64,000 bases of DNA from Escherichia phage vB_EcoM_SYGD1, in the sequence record MW883059. One strand, given 5' to 3'. Within the stretch, counting starts at the first letter, position 1. Every line of letters begins with the position of its first letter. The position numbers and the translations under genes are program-made. The notes under the pieces are model-generated. The model saw nothing but the letters and a program-made list of their open reading frames with translations. It ran no database searches and was not told the origin of the DNA. Of this stretch, positions 48,324-56,769 are shown in pieces.

Positions 48324-48686
48324 ATGAAAGCATATCAAATTCTTGAAGGCACGCATAAAGGTACTATTTATTTTGAAGACGGTATTCAAGCACGAATTAT
48401 TGTCTCTAAAACCTTTAAAGAGGACTCTTTTGTAGACCCAGAAATTTTCTATGGTTTGCATGCCCGTGAAATTGAAATTGAAACACAACCTACAGTTAAA
48501 ATTGAAGGTGGTCAACACCTGAACGTTAACGTTCTGCGTCGTGAAACTCTGGAAGATGCAGTTAAGCATCCGGAAAAATATCCGCAGCTGACCATCCGTG
48601 TATCCGGTTATGCAGTTCGCTTTAACTCTCTGACTCCGGAACAGCAGCGCGACGTTATCGCTCGTACCTTTACCGAGAGTCTGTAA
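48324..48686 (+). CDS. autonomous glycyl radical cofactor GrcA/YfiD-like protein
   Basis: ORF track 48312; ATG at 48324 after SD gagagg; C-terminal glycyl-radical signature [25 protein letters not shown]. Confidence 0.75.
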   Translation: MKAYQILEGTHKGTIYFEDGIQARIIVSKTFKEDSFVDPEIFYGLHAREIEIETQPTVKIEGGQHLNVNVLRRETLEDAVKHPEKYPQLTIRVSGYAVRFNSLTPEQQRDVIARTFTESL

Positions 48687-48907
48687 TGGCAAAGATAATT
48701 ATTGAAGGTTCTAAAGATGTGCTAAATGCTTTCGCCGAGTGGTTTAGTAATTCAGGCGAACAGCAATTTAATGAAGCGTGGAACATGGGTGATATTAGTG
48801 GAATTTATCCTACGACAGAAATTTCTGTTCAGGGATATGGCATTCATGAACCTATTCGTTTAGTTGAATATGATTTATGTACTGGTGAGGAAGTAGAATA
48901 TGATTGA
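48686..48907 (+). CDS. hypothetical protein
   Basis: ORF track 73 aa; TAATG coupling. Confidence 0.45.
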   Translation: MAKIIIEGSKDVLNAFAEWFSNSGEQQFNEAWNMGDISGIYPTTEISVQGYGIHEPIRLVEYDLCTGEEVEYD

Positions 48908-49166
48908 AGATATTAAGGGTTATAAGCCGCACACTGAAGAGAAAATCGGTAAAGTGAATGCTATCAAAGACGCTGAAGTTCGTTTAGGACTTATCTTTGA
49001 TGCTTTATATGATGAATTCTGGGAAGCACTAGATAATTGTGAAGATTGTGAATTCGCGAAGAATTATGCCGAAAGCCTCGATCAGTTAACTATTGCTAAA
49101 ACGAAACTCAAAGAAGCCAGTATGTGGGCTTGTCGTGCAGTGTTCCAACCAGAGGAAAAATACTAA
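48900..49166 (+). CDS. hypothetical protein (T4 vs.4 position; candidate Acb2)
   Basis: ORF track 88 aa; fourth gene upstream of regB counting as in T4. Confidence 0.45.
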   Translation: MIEDIKGYKPHTEEKIGKVNAIKDAEVRLGLIFDALYDEFWEALDNCEDCEFAKNYAESLDQLTIAKTKLKEASMWACRAVFQPEEKY

Positions 49167-49444
49167 TGGCTCAATTAAGCGCAGGGTTTGGTTATGAGTA
49201 TTATACTGCCCCTCGTCGTGTATCTGTTGCTCCTAAGAAAATTCAAAGTCTTGATGACTTCCAGGAAGTAGTCCGTAACGCTTTCCAGGATTATGCACGT
49301 TATCTTAAAGAAGATTCGCAGGACTGTCTCGAAGAAGATGAAATTGCTTACTATACGCAGCGTCTTGAACAGCTCAAAAATCTACATGAGGTTCGTGCAG
49401 AAGTTTCAAAGTCTATGAATAAATTGATTAGATTTAAAGAATAA
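49166..49444 (+). CDS. hypothetical protein (T4 vs.3 position)
   Basis: ORF track 49124; ATG at 49166 overlapping previous stop. Confidence 0.45.
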   Translation: MAQLSAGFGYEYYTAPRRVSVAPKKIQSLDDFQEVVRNAFQDYARYLKEDSQDCLEEDEIAYYTQRLEQLKNLHEVRAEVSKSMNKLIRFKE

Positions 49445-49446
49445 CT

Positions 49447-49476
49447 GTTTACTTTTCCTCTTGACTGTGGTATAAT
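49447..49476 (+). promoter_or_regulatory. T4-type early promoter for regB
   Basis: GTTTAC at 49447, 18 bp spacer, TGgTATAAT at 49468..49476. Confidence 0.65.
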
Positions 49477-49503
49477 TTTTCTATCAGTTAAGAGGAGAAC
49501 AAC

Positions 49504-49965
49504 ATGACTATCAATACAGAAGTTTTTATCCGTCGAAATAAGCTTCGTCGTCACTTTGAGTCAGAGTTTCGTCAAATTAACAATGAGATTCGTGAGGCAT
49601 CAAAAGCAGCAGGGGTCTCATCGTTTCATCTAAAATATTCTCAGCATCTCCTTGATCGTGCAATTCAACGGGAGATTGATGAGACATATGTTTTTGAATT
49701 ATTCCACAAAATAAAAGACCATGTTTTAGAAGTTAATGAATTCCTGAGTATGCCTCCGCGTCCTGACATTGACGAGGATTTTATTGATGGGGTTGAATAC
49801 CGTCCTGGACGTTTAGAAATCACAGATGGAAATCTTTGGCTTGGATTTACAGTTTGTAAACCTAATGAGAAGTTCAAAGACCCGTCACTTCAATGTAGGA
49901 TGGCAATTATTAACAGTCGTCGTTTACCAGGAAAGGCTTCTAAAGCAGTAATTAAAACTCAATGA
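49504..49965 (+). CDS. regB: RegB endoribonuclease
   Basis: ORF track 153 aa, same length as T4 RegB; position between denV and tk. Confidence 0.75.
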   Translation: MTINTEVFIRRNKLRRHFESEFRQINNEIREASKAAGVSSFHLKYSQHLLDRAIQREIDETYVFELFHKIKDHVLEVNEFLSMPPRPDIDEDFIDGVEYRPGRLEITDGNLWLGFTVCKPNEKFKDPSLQCRMAIINSRRLPGKASKAVIKTQ

Positions 49966-49972
49966 GGTAAGC

Positions 49973-50518
49973 ATGAGAAAAGCACTACTCGCTGGTCTAT
50001 TGGCCATTTCAATGATGGCACATAGCTCCGAGCATACTTTCAGTAATGTCCAACTCGATAACATGCGTTACGCGTATCAATTCGGGGAACAATTTTCTAA
50101 GGATGGAAAATATAAAACACACAAAAATATCCATAAGAGCGGATTAGGTCATATAATGGCTGCTATTTTATGGCAAGAAAGCTCTGCCGGAGTTAATTTA
50201 AAATCTAAACCAAAGCATCATGCCTACGGAATGTTCCAAAACTATTTGCCAACTATGCGAGCAAGAGTTAAGGAACTTGGTTATAATATGACTGATGCTG
50301 AAATAAAAAGAATGTTGAATAAACGGTCCAATTCAGCTTCCTGGGCGTACATTGAACTTTCTTATTGGTTAAATATACATAAGGGCGATATAAGAAAGGC
50401 GATATCCTCTTATAATTCGGGATGGAATGTTAAAGCAGGTTCTAAATATGCTTCTGAAGTCCTAGAAAAGGCTAACTACCTTAAAAATAATAAACTTTTG
50501 GAAATAGTAAATGACTAA
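49973..50518 (+). CDS. secreted lytic transglycosylase-like protein (T4 vs.1 position)
   Basis: ORF track 181 aa; signal peptide MRKALLAGLLAISMMAHS; SLT motifs AAILWQESS and YGMFQ. Confidence 0.65.
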   Translation: MRKALLAGLLAISMMAHSSEHTFSNVQLDNMRYAYQFGEQFSKDGKYKTHKNIHKSGLGHIMAAILWQESSAGVNLKSKPKHHAYGMFQNYLPTMRARVKELGYNMTDAEIKRMLNKRSNSASWAYIELSYWLNIHKGDIRKAISSYNSGWNVKAGSKYASEVLEKANYLKNNKLLEIVND

Positions 50519-50852
50519 AATTTTGGTTTTATGTATAGGATTAATTTCATTTTCTGCGTTAGCAAATACATCATATACTGAAATTAGAGAGTATGTAAAC
50601 CGTACTGCCGCGGATTATTGCGGGAAAAATAAAGCATGCCAAGCTGAATTTGCGCAGAAATTAATATATGCATATAAAGACGGAGAAAGAGATAAATCAA
50701 GCAGATACAAGAACGATACTTTATTAAAACGATATGCTAAAAAGTGGAATACCTTAGAATGTTCAGTTGCGGAGGAGAAAGATAAAGCCGCTTGTCATTC
50801 AATGGTTGACCGTTTAGTAGATTCTTATAATCGAGGATTGAGTACTAAATGA
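50511..50852 (+). CDS. secreted Cys-containing hypothetical protein
   Basis: ORF track 113 aa; signal peptide MTKILVLCIGLISFSALA; four Cys. Confidence 0.45.
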   Translation: MTKILVLCIGLISFSALANTSYTEIREYVNRTAADYCGKNKACQAEFAQKLIYAYKDGERDKSSRYKNDTLLKRYAKKWNTLECSVAEEKDKAACHSMVDRLVDSYNRGLSTK

Positions 50853-51316
50853 TTGTAAAATATATCAAGGGCGATATTGTCGCCCTTTTCACTGAAGGTA
50901 AAAATATTGCGCATGGATGCAATTGTTTTCATACGATGAAAGCTGGAGTCGCAGGTCAATTAACCAAAGCTTTCCCTAAAATTTTGGAAGCTGATAAATT
51001 ACAGACTGAATGGGGTGATGTAACTAAACTCGGTTCTTACTCAGTCTATGAAAAATACTTTAGGACTCATAAAGCGTATTGCTTCAACCTTTATACTCAA
51101 TTTCAACCAGGGCCAAATTTTGAATATTCCGCTTTAATGAATTGTATGTTAGAATTAAATGAGTTTGGTGAAAATAAACTGATTAAACCTACAATCTATA
51201 TGCCTAGGATTGGTGCAGGCATAGGTAAAGGGAACTGGGATATTATTGAGGGGATTTTAGATACATATTCCTCTAAATTAGAAATTGTGATTGTTGATTG
51301 GGAACCATTATTATGA
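50849..51316 (+). CDS. macro-like domain protein (possible ADP-ribose binding/processing)
   Basis: ORF track 155 aa; GDI...AHGCNCFHTMKAGVAGQL and PRIGAGIGKGNW resemble the two macrodomain glycine-rich motifs. Confidence 0.5.
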   Translation: MIVKYIKGDIVALFTEGKNIAHGCNCFHTMKAGVAGQLTKAFPKILEADKLQTEWGDVTKLGSYSVYEKYFRTHKAYCFNLYTQFQPGPNFEYSALMNCMLELNEFGENKLIKPTIYMPRIGAGIGKGNWDIIEGILDTYSSKLEIVIVDWEPLL

Positions 51317-51525
51317 ATATACATTATCCACATCCATATGACCCAAAGAATAAGGCAGTAATTATTCGTCAATGGGAACGCATTTGCCGTACTAAATGTC
51401 CAATTAATAGTCCACATGATGTAGATAAAGACTACATTGGAACATTCGTTGAATATACCTTTATTGATAAGAAAGGTCGTAAACAGCATGTAGAAGAATA
51501 CTGCTTAAAGGTTACATGGTTATGA
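51313..51525 (+). CDS. small hypothetical protein
   Basis: ORF track 51298 (TTG); ATG at 51313 overlapping previous stop. Confidence 0.4.
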   Translation: MNIHYPHPYDPKNKAVIIRQWERICRTKCPINSPHDVDKDYIGTFVEYTFIDKKGRKQHVEEYCLKVTWL

Positions 51526-51728
51526 GCCAAACTAGTATTCTTAAAAATGCCCATTGTGAAAAGTGTAAATGGCCAGTTGTTTTTGCTTTATGCAACGATG
51601 AAATGGCTTGTGATTTCGATTATTGGTGCTATTGTTCTAATAAAGGATGCATCAATCATAAAGGTGAAGGATTTTATTCGGGATTTTATCCTTATCCAGA
51701 TTTCGTTAAAGAAGGTAAACCGAAATGA
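51516..51728 (+). CDS. small Cys-rich protein (probable zinc-binding)
   Basis: ORF track 70 aa; seven Cys including CEKC and CYC. Confidence 0.4.
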   Translation: MVMSQTSILKNAHCEKCKWPVVFALCNDEMACDFDYWCYCSNKGCINHKGEGFYSGFYPYPDFVKEGKPK

Positions 51729-51898
51729 ATAGTTCTGAGTTACAATATGAAGTGTCACGTGAACTTGATAATTTAATTGAACTCGCTGCTAATAAAGGTT
51801 TTGCCATTGGAATTGGCCAAAAAGATACTGATCATTTAACTATGGAAATATTTAAGCAAAAGCGAATTATTTTAAAACTTCTGGAAATTAATATATGA
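51725..51898 (+). CDS. small hypothetical protein (57 aa)
   Basis: not in ORF track; ATGA overlaps at both ends with neighbouring genes. Confidence 0.3.
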   Translation: MNSSELQYEVSRELDNLIELAANKGFAIGIGQKDTDHLTMEIFKQKRIILKLLEINI

Positions 51899-52080
51899 GC
51901 CTAAGCAAAGAACAAAAAGACAGACTCTTTTCTCTTATCCACGAAGTTATGGATAAAAATAGTGAATTGGAAAAAGTTTGTAATGAATGCGGTCCTTTTA
52001 GCGCAAACGAGTACGAAGAACTTTCTAAAGAATTCGATAATAAAGAACAAGAACTCATTGATTATATAAATTCCTTATGA
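51895..52080 (+). CDS. small helical protein, paralog family member
   Basis: ORF track 61 aa; N-terminal MSLSKEQKDRLFSLI, C-terminal LIDYINSL. Confidence 0.45.
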   Translation: MSLSKEQKDRLFSLIHEVMDKNSELEKVCNECGPFSANEYEELSKEFDNKEQELIDYINSL

Positions 52081-52265
52081 TTACTCGCGAACAAAAGAAC
52101 GAAATATTATTTTTAGTTGGTGAAATTATTAGTTTAGAAAAGGATTTGTCTTTTGAAATATCTTCTGAATATGGAGATGCCGAAACATATTACGAATTAG
52201 TAAAATCTATCGATAAAGCTGAAAATGATTTAAAAACATATTTAGAAAATTTAACTAAGGATTAA
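52077..52265 (+). CDS. small helical protein, paralog family member
   Basis: ORF track 62 aa; MITREQKNEILFLV ... LKTYLENL. Confidence 0.45.
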   Translation: MITREQKNEILFLVGEIISLEKDLSFEISSEYGDAETYYELVKSIDKAENDLKTYLENLTKD

Positions 52266-52266
52266 A

Positions 52267-52848
52267 ATGGCGAGTTTAATTTTTACTTATGCAGCAATGA
52301 ATGCTGGAAAATCTGCTTCTCTTTTGACTGCTGCACATAATTATAAAGAACGTGGAATGAGTGTATTAGTTCTTAAGCCTGCTATTGATACTCGCGATTC
52401 TGTCTGCGAAGTCGTTTCTCGCATTGGAATTAAGCAGGAAGCAAATATTATTACAGATGATATGGATATTTTCGAGTTCTATAAATGGGCTGAAGCACAA
52501 AAAGATATTCATTGCGTATTTGTAGATGAAGCCCAGTTTTTAAAAACTGAACAGGTGCATCAATTGAGCCGAATTGTTGATACATATAATGTTCCTGTTA
52601 TGGCTTATGGATTAAGGACTGATTTCGCTGGAAAATTGTTTGAAGGTTCTAAAGAACTTTTGGCGATTGCAGATAAACTTATTGAACTAAAGGCAGTTTG
52701 TCATTGTAGTAAAAAAGCTATTATGACAGCTCGATTAATGGAAGATGGAACACCCGTTAAAGAAGGTAATCAAATCTGTATTGGTGATGAAATTTATGTT
52801 TCTTTGTGTAGAAAACATTGGAATGAATTAACTAAAAAGCTTGGTTAG
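52267..52848 (+). CDS. tk: thymidine kinase
   Basis: ORF track 193 aa; P-loop AAMNAGKS, Walker B FVDEAQF, C-terminal Cys zinc ribbon. Confidence 0.9.
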   Translation: MASLIFTYAAMNAGKSASLLTAAHNYKERGMSVLVLKPAIDTRDSVCEVVSRIGIKQEANIITDDMDIFEFYKWAEAQKDIHCVFVDEAQFLKTEQVHQLSRIVDTYNVPVMAYGLRTDFAGKLFEGSKELLAIADKLIELKAVCHCSKKAIMTARLMEDGTPVKEGNQICIGDEIYVSLCRKHWNELTKKLG

Positions 52849-52890
52849 TGCAAAAGTTATAAATAGGTTTATCTAACTAAAGGGGTATAT

Positions 52891-53103
52891 ATGCTACAAT
52901 TAACTGAAAAGCAACTTCGCAATCTTACCGTTCTTCAATTAGATGAAATTCGTAGGGAAGTTGGAAATATCATTTCAGCTTTGCGTCGAGAAGTATCACT
53001 CAACCAATCTCCGGCAGACTATACTAGATTGCGAAATTTTGAAAAATACCTTGATAAAGTTAAGGCCGTGCATCGGCATAAAGTAAATACAGGGCAAAAA
53101 TGA
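52891..53103 (+). CDS. small hypothetical protein (T4 rI.1 position)
   Basis: ORF track 70 aa; SD aagggg. Confidence 0.45.
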
Positions 53104-53115
53104 TAGGAGGCCTTT

Positions 53116-53409
53116 ATGGCCTTAAAAGCAACGGCACTATTTGCCATGCTAGGATTGTCATTTGTTTTATCTCCATCGATTGAAGCGAATGTCGATCCTC
53201 ATTTTGATAAATTTATGGAATCTGGTATTAGGCACGTTTATATGCTTTTTGAAAATAAAAGCGTAGAATCGTCTGAACAATTCTATAGTTTTATGAGAAC
53301 GACCTATAAAAATGACCCGTGCTCTTCTGATTTTGAATGTATAGAACGAGGCGCGGAGATGGCACAATCATACGCTAGAATTATGAACATTAAATTGGAG
53401 ACTGAATGA
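53116..53409 (+). CDS. rI: lysis inhibition regulator rI (membrane-anchored)
   Basis: ORF track 97 aa, same length as T4 RI; N-terminal signal-anchor; position next to tk. Confidence 0.7.
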   Translation: MALKATALFAMLGLSFVLSPSIEANVDPHFDKFMESGIRHVYMLFENKSVESSEQFYSFMRTTYKNDPCSSDFECIERGAEMAQSYARIMNIKLETE

Positions 53410-53792
53410 AATTCAGCGACTTTTCACAAAGTGGAAAACCTTCAAAGGCAGATGAATACTTAGGTTTATTAATGGCTGCACAAGCTTATTTTCATTCTGC
53501 ACATTTTGAAACTAAAAGTTATGCTAGACACAAAGCATACGATTTTATTTTCTCCGAGTTGCCAGATTTGATTGATAAATTTGGTGAGCAATATTTGGGG
53601 TATTCTGGTAGAAAATACACACCTTCAATTCCAGATGCTAGTAAACTTCCTACCGACACAATTAAAATGATTGATCGCATACTAGACCAATCTAACAGCA
53701 TTTATAAAGAAATGCCTCCAGCCATTCAAAGCACGATAGATGATATTACTGGGATGTTTTACCAGAGTAAATATCTTCTTTCCCTCGAATAA
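53406..53792 (+). CDS. hypothetical protein (T4 rI.-1 position)
   Basis: ORF track 128 aa. Confidence 0.5.
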   Translation: MKFSDFSQSGKPSKADEYLGLLMAAQAYFHSAHFETKSYARHKAYDFIFSELPDLIDKFGEQYLGYSGRKYTPSIPDASKLPTDTIKMIDRILDQSNSIYKEMPPAIQSTIDDITGMFYQSKYLLSLE

Positions 53793-53796
53793 CATT

Positions 53797-53820
53797 AGTC
53801 TCCTTCGGGAGACTTTTTTC
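53797..53820 (+). terminator. Intrinsic terminator
   Basis: AGTCTCC-TTCG-GGAGACT followed by tttttt. Confidence 0.7.
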
Positions 53821-53829
53821 ATTTTACTG

Positions 53830-53859
53830 GTTTACTTTCCATTTGAGCTGTGATACTAT
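53830..53859 (+). promoter_or_regulatory. T4-type early promoter cassette
   Basis: GTTTAC at 53830, -10 tgtgatactat. Confidence 0.6.
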
Positions 53860-53887
53860 ACAACCATCGGATAAAGAGGAGAACATC

Positions 53888-54064
53888 ATGAAAATTGAAG
53901 CACTTAATCGATATGTCATCATTAATGGTGATTTTTTCGTCGACATGGATGAAGTCACTAGTGAAGAACTTGTAGAACTTCTTAAGGAACATTATGATAT
54001 GTGTGATGAAGTTGCAACTCACATGGCGTGTGCAATATTCTCTCTTTCATATGTGGTGGAATAA
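53888..54064 (+). CDS. small hypothetical protein (58 aa)
   Basis: ORF track 53843 would start inside the promoter; ATG at 53888 follows SD gaggag. Confidence 0.4.
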   Translation: MKIEALNRYVIINGDFFVDMDEVTSEELVELLKEHYDMCDEVATHMACAIFSLSYVVE

Positions 54065-54267
54065 TGATTAGTATCGAACAAGCGGATAAAATTAAGGAAT
54101 TAGTAGCTTTAATTCGTAAAGCAGACGAGGAACTTAGTGACTTTGCTTGGTTTTCGTCAGGCATTGCAAATAAAGGTATTGAAGAATTTGAAGCTAAAGT
54201 TGATAATGCTGTAGAAGCTTTAGATATGTTTCTTGATGAAATTATCGATCATAATACGAGAGTTTAA
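54064..54267 (+). CDS. small helical protein, paralog family member
   Basis: ORF track 54028; ATG at 54064; [14 protein letters not shown] ... LDMFLDEII. Confidence 0.45.
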   Translation: MISIEQADKIKELVALIRKADEELSDFAWFSSGIANKGIEEFEAKVDNAVEALDMFLDEIIDHNTRV

Positions 54268-54269
54268 GT

Positions 54270-54464
54270 ATGCTGACACACGAACAGTTTGAAAAAATCA
54301 TTAAATTAGTACGTGATGTTGAAATAGATTCATATCAATTAGCAGTTGAGCATTGTGAAGGATATTCATACGACGGTATAGAAGCAGCTAAAAGAGATTT
54401 GGATAAATCCAAAGCTAAGTTAGTTCAATATCTTGAAATGATTAGGTGGAATAATGAAAACTGA
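54270..54464 (+). CDS. small helical protein, paralog family member
   Basis: ORF track 64 aa; MLTHEQFEKIIKLV ... LVQYLEMI. Confidence 0.45.
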   Translation: MLTHEQFEKIIKLVRDVEIDSYQLAVEHCEGYSYDGIEAAKRDLDKSKAKLVQYLEMIRWNNEN

Positions 54465-54627
54465 AAAGCAGATGTTTTTAATGAAGCTAATTGAAGAATA
54501 CGCTAATGCAGTTTCTGACTATGAGTATTCTTCTCGTGAAAGAGGTACAGCTTTCGCAAAGGAAGAAATGAAAATTATGGTTGATGCTCACACAAAGCTT
54601 CAGAATTTTATTGAAAACGTCATTTAA
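54454..54627 (+). CDS. small helical protein, paralog family member (57 aa)
   Basis: not in ORF track; ATG after SD ggtgga; MKTEKQMFLMKLIEEY ... LQNFIENVI. Confidence 0.35.
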   Translation: MKTEKQMFLMKLIEEYANAVSDYEYSSRERGTAFAKEEMKIMVDAHTKLQNFIENVI

Positions 54628-54629
54628 CA

Positions 54630-54659
54630 GTTTACAAGTTGGCAAGGTTATGGTATAGT
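54630..54659 (+). promoter_or_regulatory. T4-type early promoter cassette
   Basis: GTTTAC at 54630, -10 tggtatagt. Confidence 0.55.
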
Positions 54660-54687
54660 AATCTTGTCAACTGTCAAGGAGAAGAGA

Positions 54688-54792
54688 ATGAAAATTTTGT
54701 TTGTTGTGTATGTGATGATTCAATATAATTACCCAATGTTTACTTATAATCTGGTGAACAACATTATTGATATTATTCAAAGGAGCATGTAA
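54688..54792 (+). CDS. 34-codon hydrophobic small ORF
   Basis: not in ORF track; strong SD aaggag 7 nt upstream; stop overlaps next start (TAATG); MKILFVVYVMIQYNYPMFTYNLVNNIIDIIQRSM. Confidence 0.25.
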   Translation: MKILFVVYVMIQYNYPMFTYNLVNNIIDIIQRSM

Positions 54793-54977
54793 TGACAAGT
54801 GAGCAGGCTTTTAAATTAAGAGAATTAATTGAGATGTATAGTAAAGCTGTTCATACATCAACAGTTATTGATGAATCAGCTTTCTCCGGATATGCTAACA
54901 AGATTAAATACAAAACTCTTATGGAAGAAGCTAAAGTAAATCTTGATTCTTATATTGAAACTTTAATTGGTGAATAA
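54792..54977 (+). CDS. small helical protein, paralog family member
   Basis: ORF track 61 aa; MTSEQAFKLRELIEMY ... LDSYIETLI. Confidence 0.45.
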   Translation: MTSEQAFKLRELIEMYSKAVHTSTVIDESAFSGYANKIKYKTLMEEAKVNLDSYIETLIGE

Positions 54978-54978
54978 C

Positions 54979-55245
54979 ATGGGCTTTCCTAAATTAGAAG
55001 TAGGCGATTTAGTCTTAACAAAATTGTGGAATGATGCTCAATCAGTAGAAATCTGTCAATATCGTGGAGCAACAGGTAATTTGATGTACACGATTTATAA
55101 CCCAGAAATTTTGTTAGAGTGTCATTTGGAACGCTTTATAAAAGACACTGATAGTATGCCTTATAGTGTATCGATTGTGCGTAAATCTGACACAAAGGAA
55201 TACTCTAAAATTTTAGAAAAAATTCATGCCAATAAAAAGGATTAA
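54979..55245 (+). CDS. small hypothetical protein
   Basis: ORF track 54967 (TTG); ATG at 54979. Confidence 0.4.
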   Translation: MGFPKLEVGDLVLTKLWNDAQSVEICQYRGATGNLMYTIYNPEILLECHLERFIKDTDSMPYSVSIVRKSDTKEYSKILEKIHANKKD

Positions 55246-55246
55246 T

Positions 55247-55777
55247 ATGAAACGATTAGTATTAGAAGTTAGTTCACTTTTTGGTGAATTGGCTATAGAA
55301 AAAGTAAATAATATGTATCGTTTGACGCAAGAAGACGATATGCTATATTTTACGCCTAGCGAAATTATTCATTTAACCCAAATTGAAAAACCTTACACTG
55401 ATAAAATTGTAAGCATTAATGATGAGCATAAAATTCATTTTTATTCTTTATGCCCAGGATTTAATATTGAAAGCGAGTCAATATGCTTATCAATTAATAA
55501 TTGGGATAATTTTATAACTAAAATTAAATATTTTTATTATTCTAACGAAAGAAAACATGGTTTAAAATGGTTTAAAAATTGCAATGCTATTATTACTAAC
55601 GCTTGTAATCAAAATTATGAAACTGTTTTAAATGTATCAAAGTGTTACGAAGAAGGAGATGTCTTAACTATTCGTCAATCGGTAAATGATGTTAATGTTG
55701 TTGTATTAAACAAAGAAGAAGCTGTTTTATTAAAGACTTATCTTGATTCTGTCATTCCAACTATGATTTCAAAGTGA
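55247..55777 (+). CDS. hypothetical protein, tandem paralog A
   Basis: ORF track 55226; ATG at 55247 after SD aaagga; shares GFNIE and C-terminal YL..V.P.M with the next ORF. Confidence 0.45.
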   Translation: MKRLVLEVSSLFGELAIEKVNNMYRLTQEDDMLYFTPSEIIHLTQIEKPYTDKIVSINDEHKIHFYSLCPGFNIESESICLSINNWDNFITKIKYFYYSNERKHGLKWFKNCNAIITNACNQNYETVLNVSKCYEEGDVLTIRQSVNDVNVVVLNKEEAVLLKTYLDSVIPTMISK

Positions 55778-55783
55778 GGAAAT

Positions 55784-56305
55784 ATGTTTATTTCGAGTGA
55801 AAGTGGTTTAATTCGTGTTGAATTTAAAAATGACATCTTCCTTATTCAAGGAGATGATATTATTAAAATGAGTTATGACGAAATCAAGAAAATTTGCCAT
55901 GCTCTTGAAAGTCATGGAAAAGTGAACGCTGTTATTGATATTGGCGATTTATGGGTGACACTTTATGAAGTATCCGAAGGATTTAACATTGAAGATGAAA
56001 ATAACATCTTAGCTATTGATAAAAGAAGTGATTTGTTTGATGTATTAAAAGTTTATGAACATTCAAACGGTGGAAGAAAAGCTGTATTGATTTATCAAAA
56101 ACCGCATTCATGCGGAACTGCTTCAATCATTTCAAATATTGAAGATGAAACTGATACTTATATGTGTGTTTTAAAAGCTGGTGGTGACCGTCATCCGGAT
56201 TTTATTTCTATTCGTCAAAACAATGGAGAAATTTCATTATCAAAATCAGAAGCTGAAGCTATGATTAAGTATTTAACAACTGTTACACCTTCAATGAAAG
56301 GATAA
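55784..56305 (+). CDS. hypothetical protein, tandem paralog B
   Basis: ORF track 173 aa; SD gagga. Confidence 0.5.
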   Translation: MFISSESGLIRVEFKNDIFLIQGDDIIKMSYDEIKKICHALESHGKVNAVIDIGDLWVTLYEVSEGFNIEDENNILAIDKRSDLFDVLKVYEHSNGGRKAVLIYQKPHSCGTASIISNIEDETDTYMCVLKAGGDRHPDFISIRQNNGEISLSKSEAEAMIKYLTTVTPSMKG

Positions 56306-56307
56306 TT

Positions 56308-56769
56308 ATGATTATTAATGAAAGCTCTTGGCACTATAAATTATTCAAAATGTTTAATGATGAATGGAAACGACCTAAGACACTGTGCGCGTATTTTTGG
56401 TCTATTGTTATTCCTACATTTTTCGTTTCTTTTTTCGGATGTACTATACTCGCAGGTCTAACTATCATCTGCGCAGAAATCATGCAGAAATGGCTTATTT
56501 TTGGTAGTTTATGGACTCTTATTCCATCAGCATTTATACTTGCCATTTTGCTTGTTTTACTTATTATTGGTTCATTTGTTATTCCTGCACAACTGCATGA
56601 AAAATATAAAGATTATAAATGGAAAAAGGATTATACTTTACATGTAGAAAATATTGATAGGGCGTATAAAGGTTTACCTCCTATTAAACCCAAGAAATCT
56701 ATTATCGTCGAATTTTTAAAAGCTCGTAAAGCTAAAGTATGTCCTGTTATTGAATATAAGGCTGAATGA
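56308..56769 (+). CDS. integral membrane protein (3-4 predicted helices)
   Basis: ORF track 153 aa; long hydrophobic stretches. Confidence 0.5.
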   Translation: MIINESSWHYKLFKMFNDEWKRPKTLCAYFWSIVIPTFFVSFFGCTILAGLTIICAEIMQKWLIFGSLWTLIPSAFILAILLVLLIIGSFVIPAQLHEKYKDYKWKKDYTLHVENIDRAYKGLPPIKPKKSIIVEFLKARKAKVCPVIEYKAE

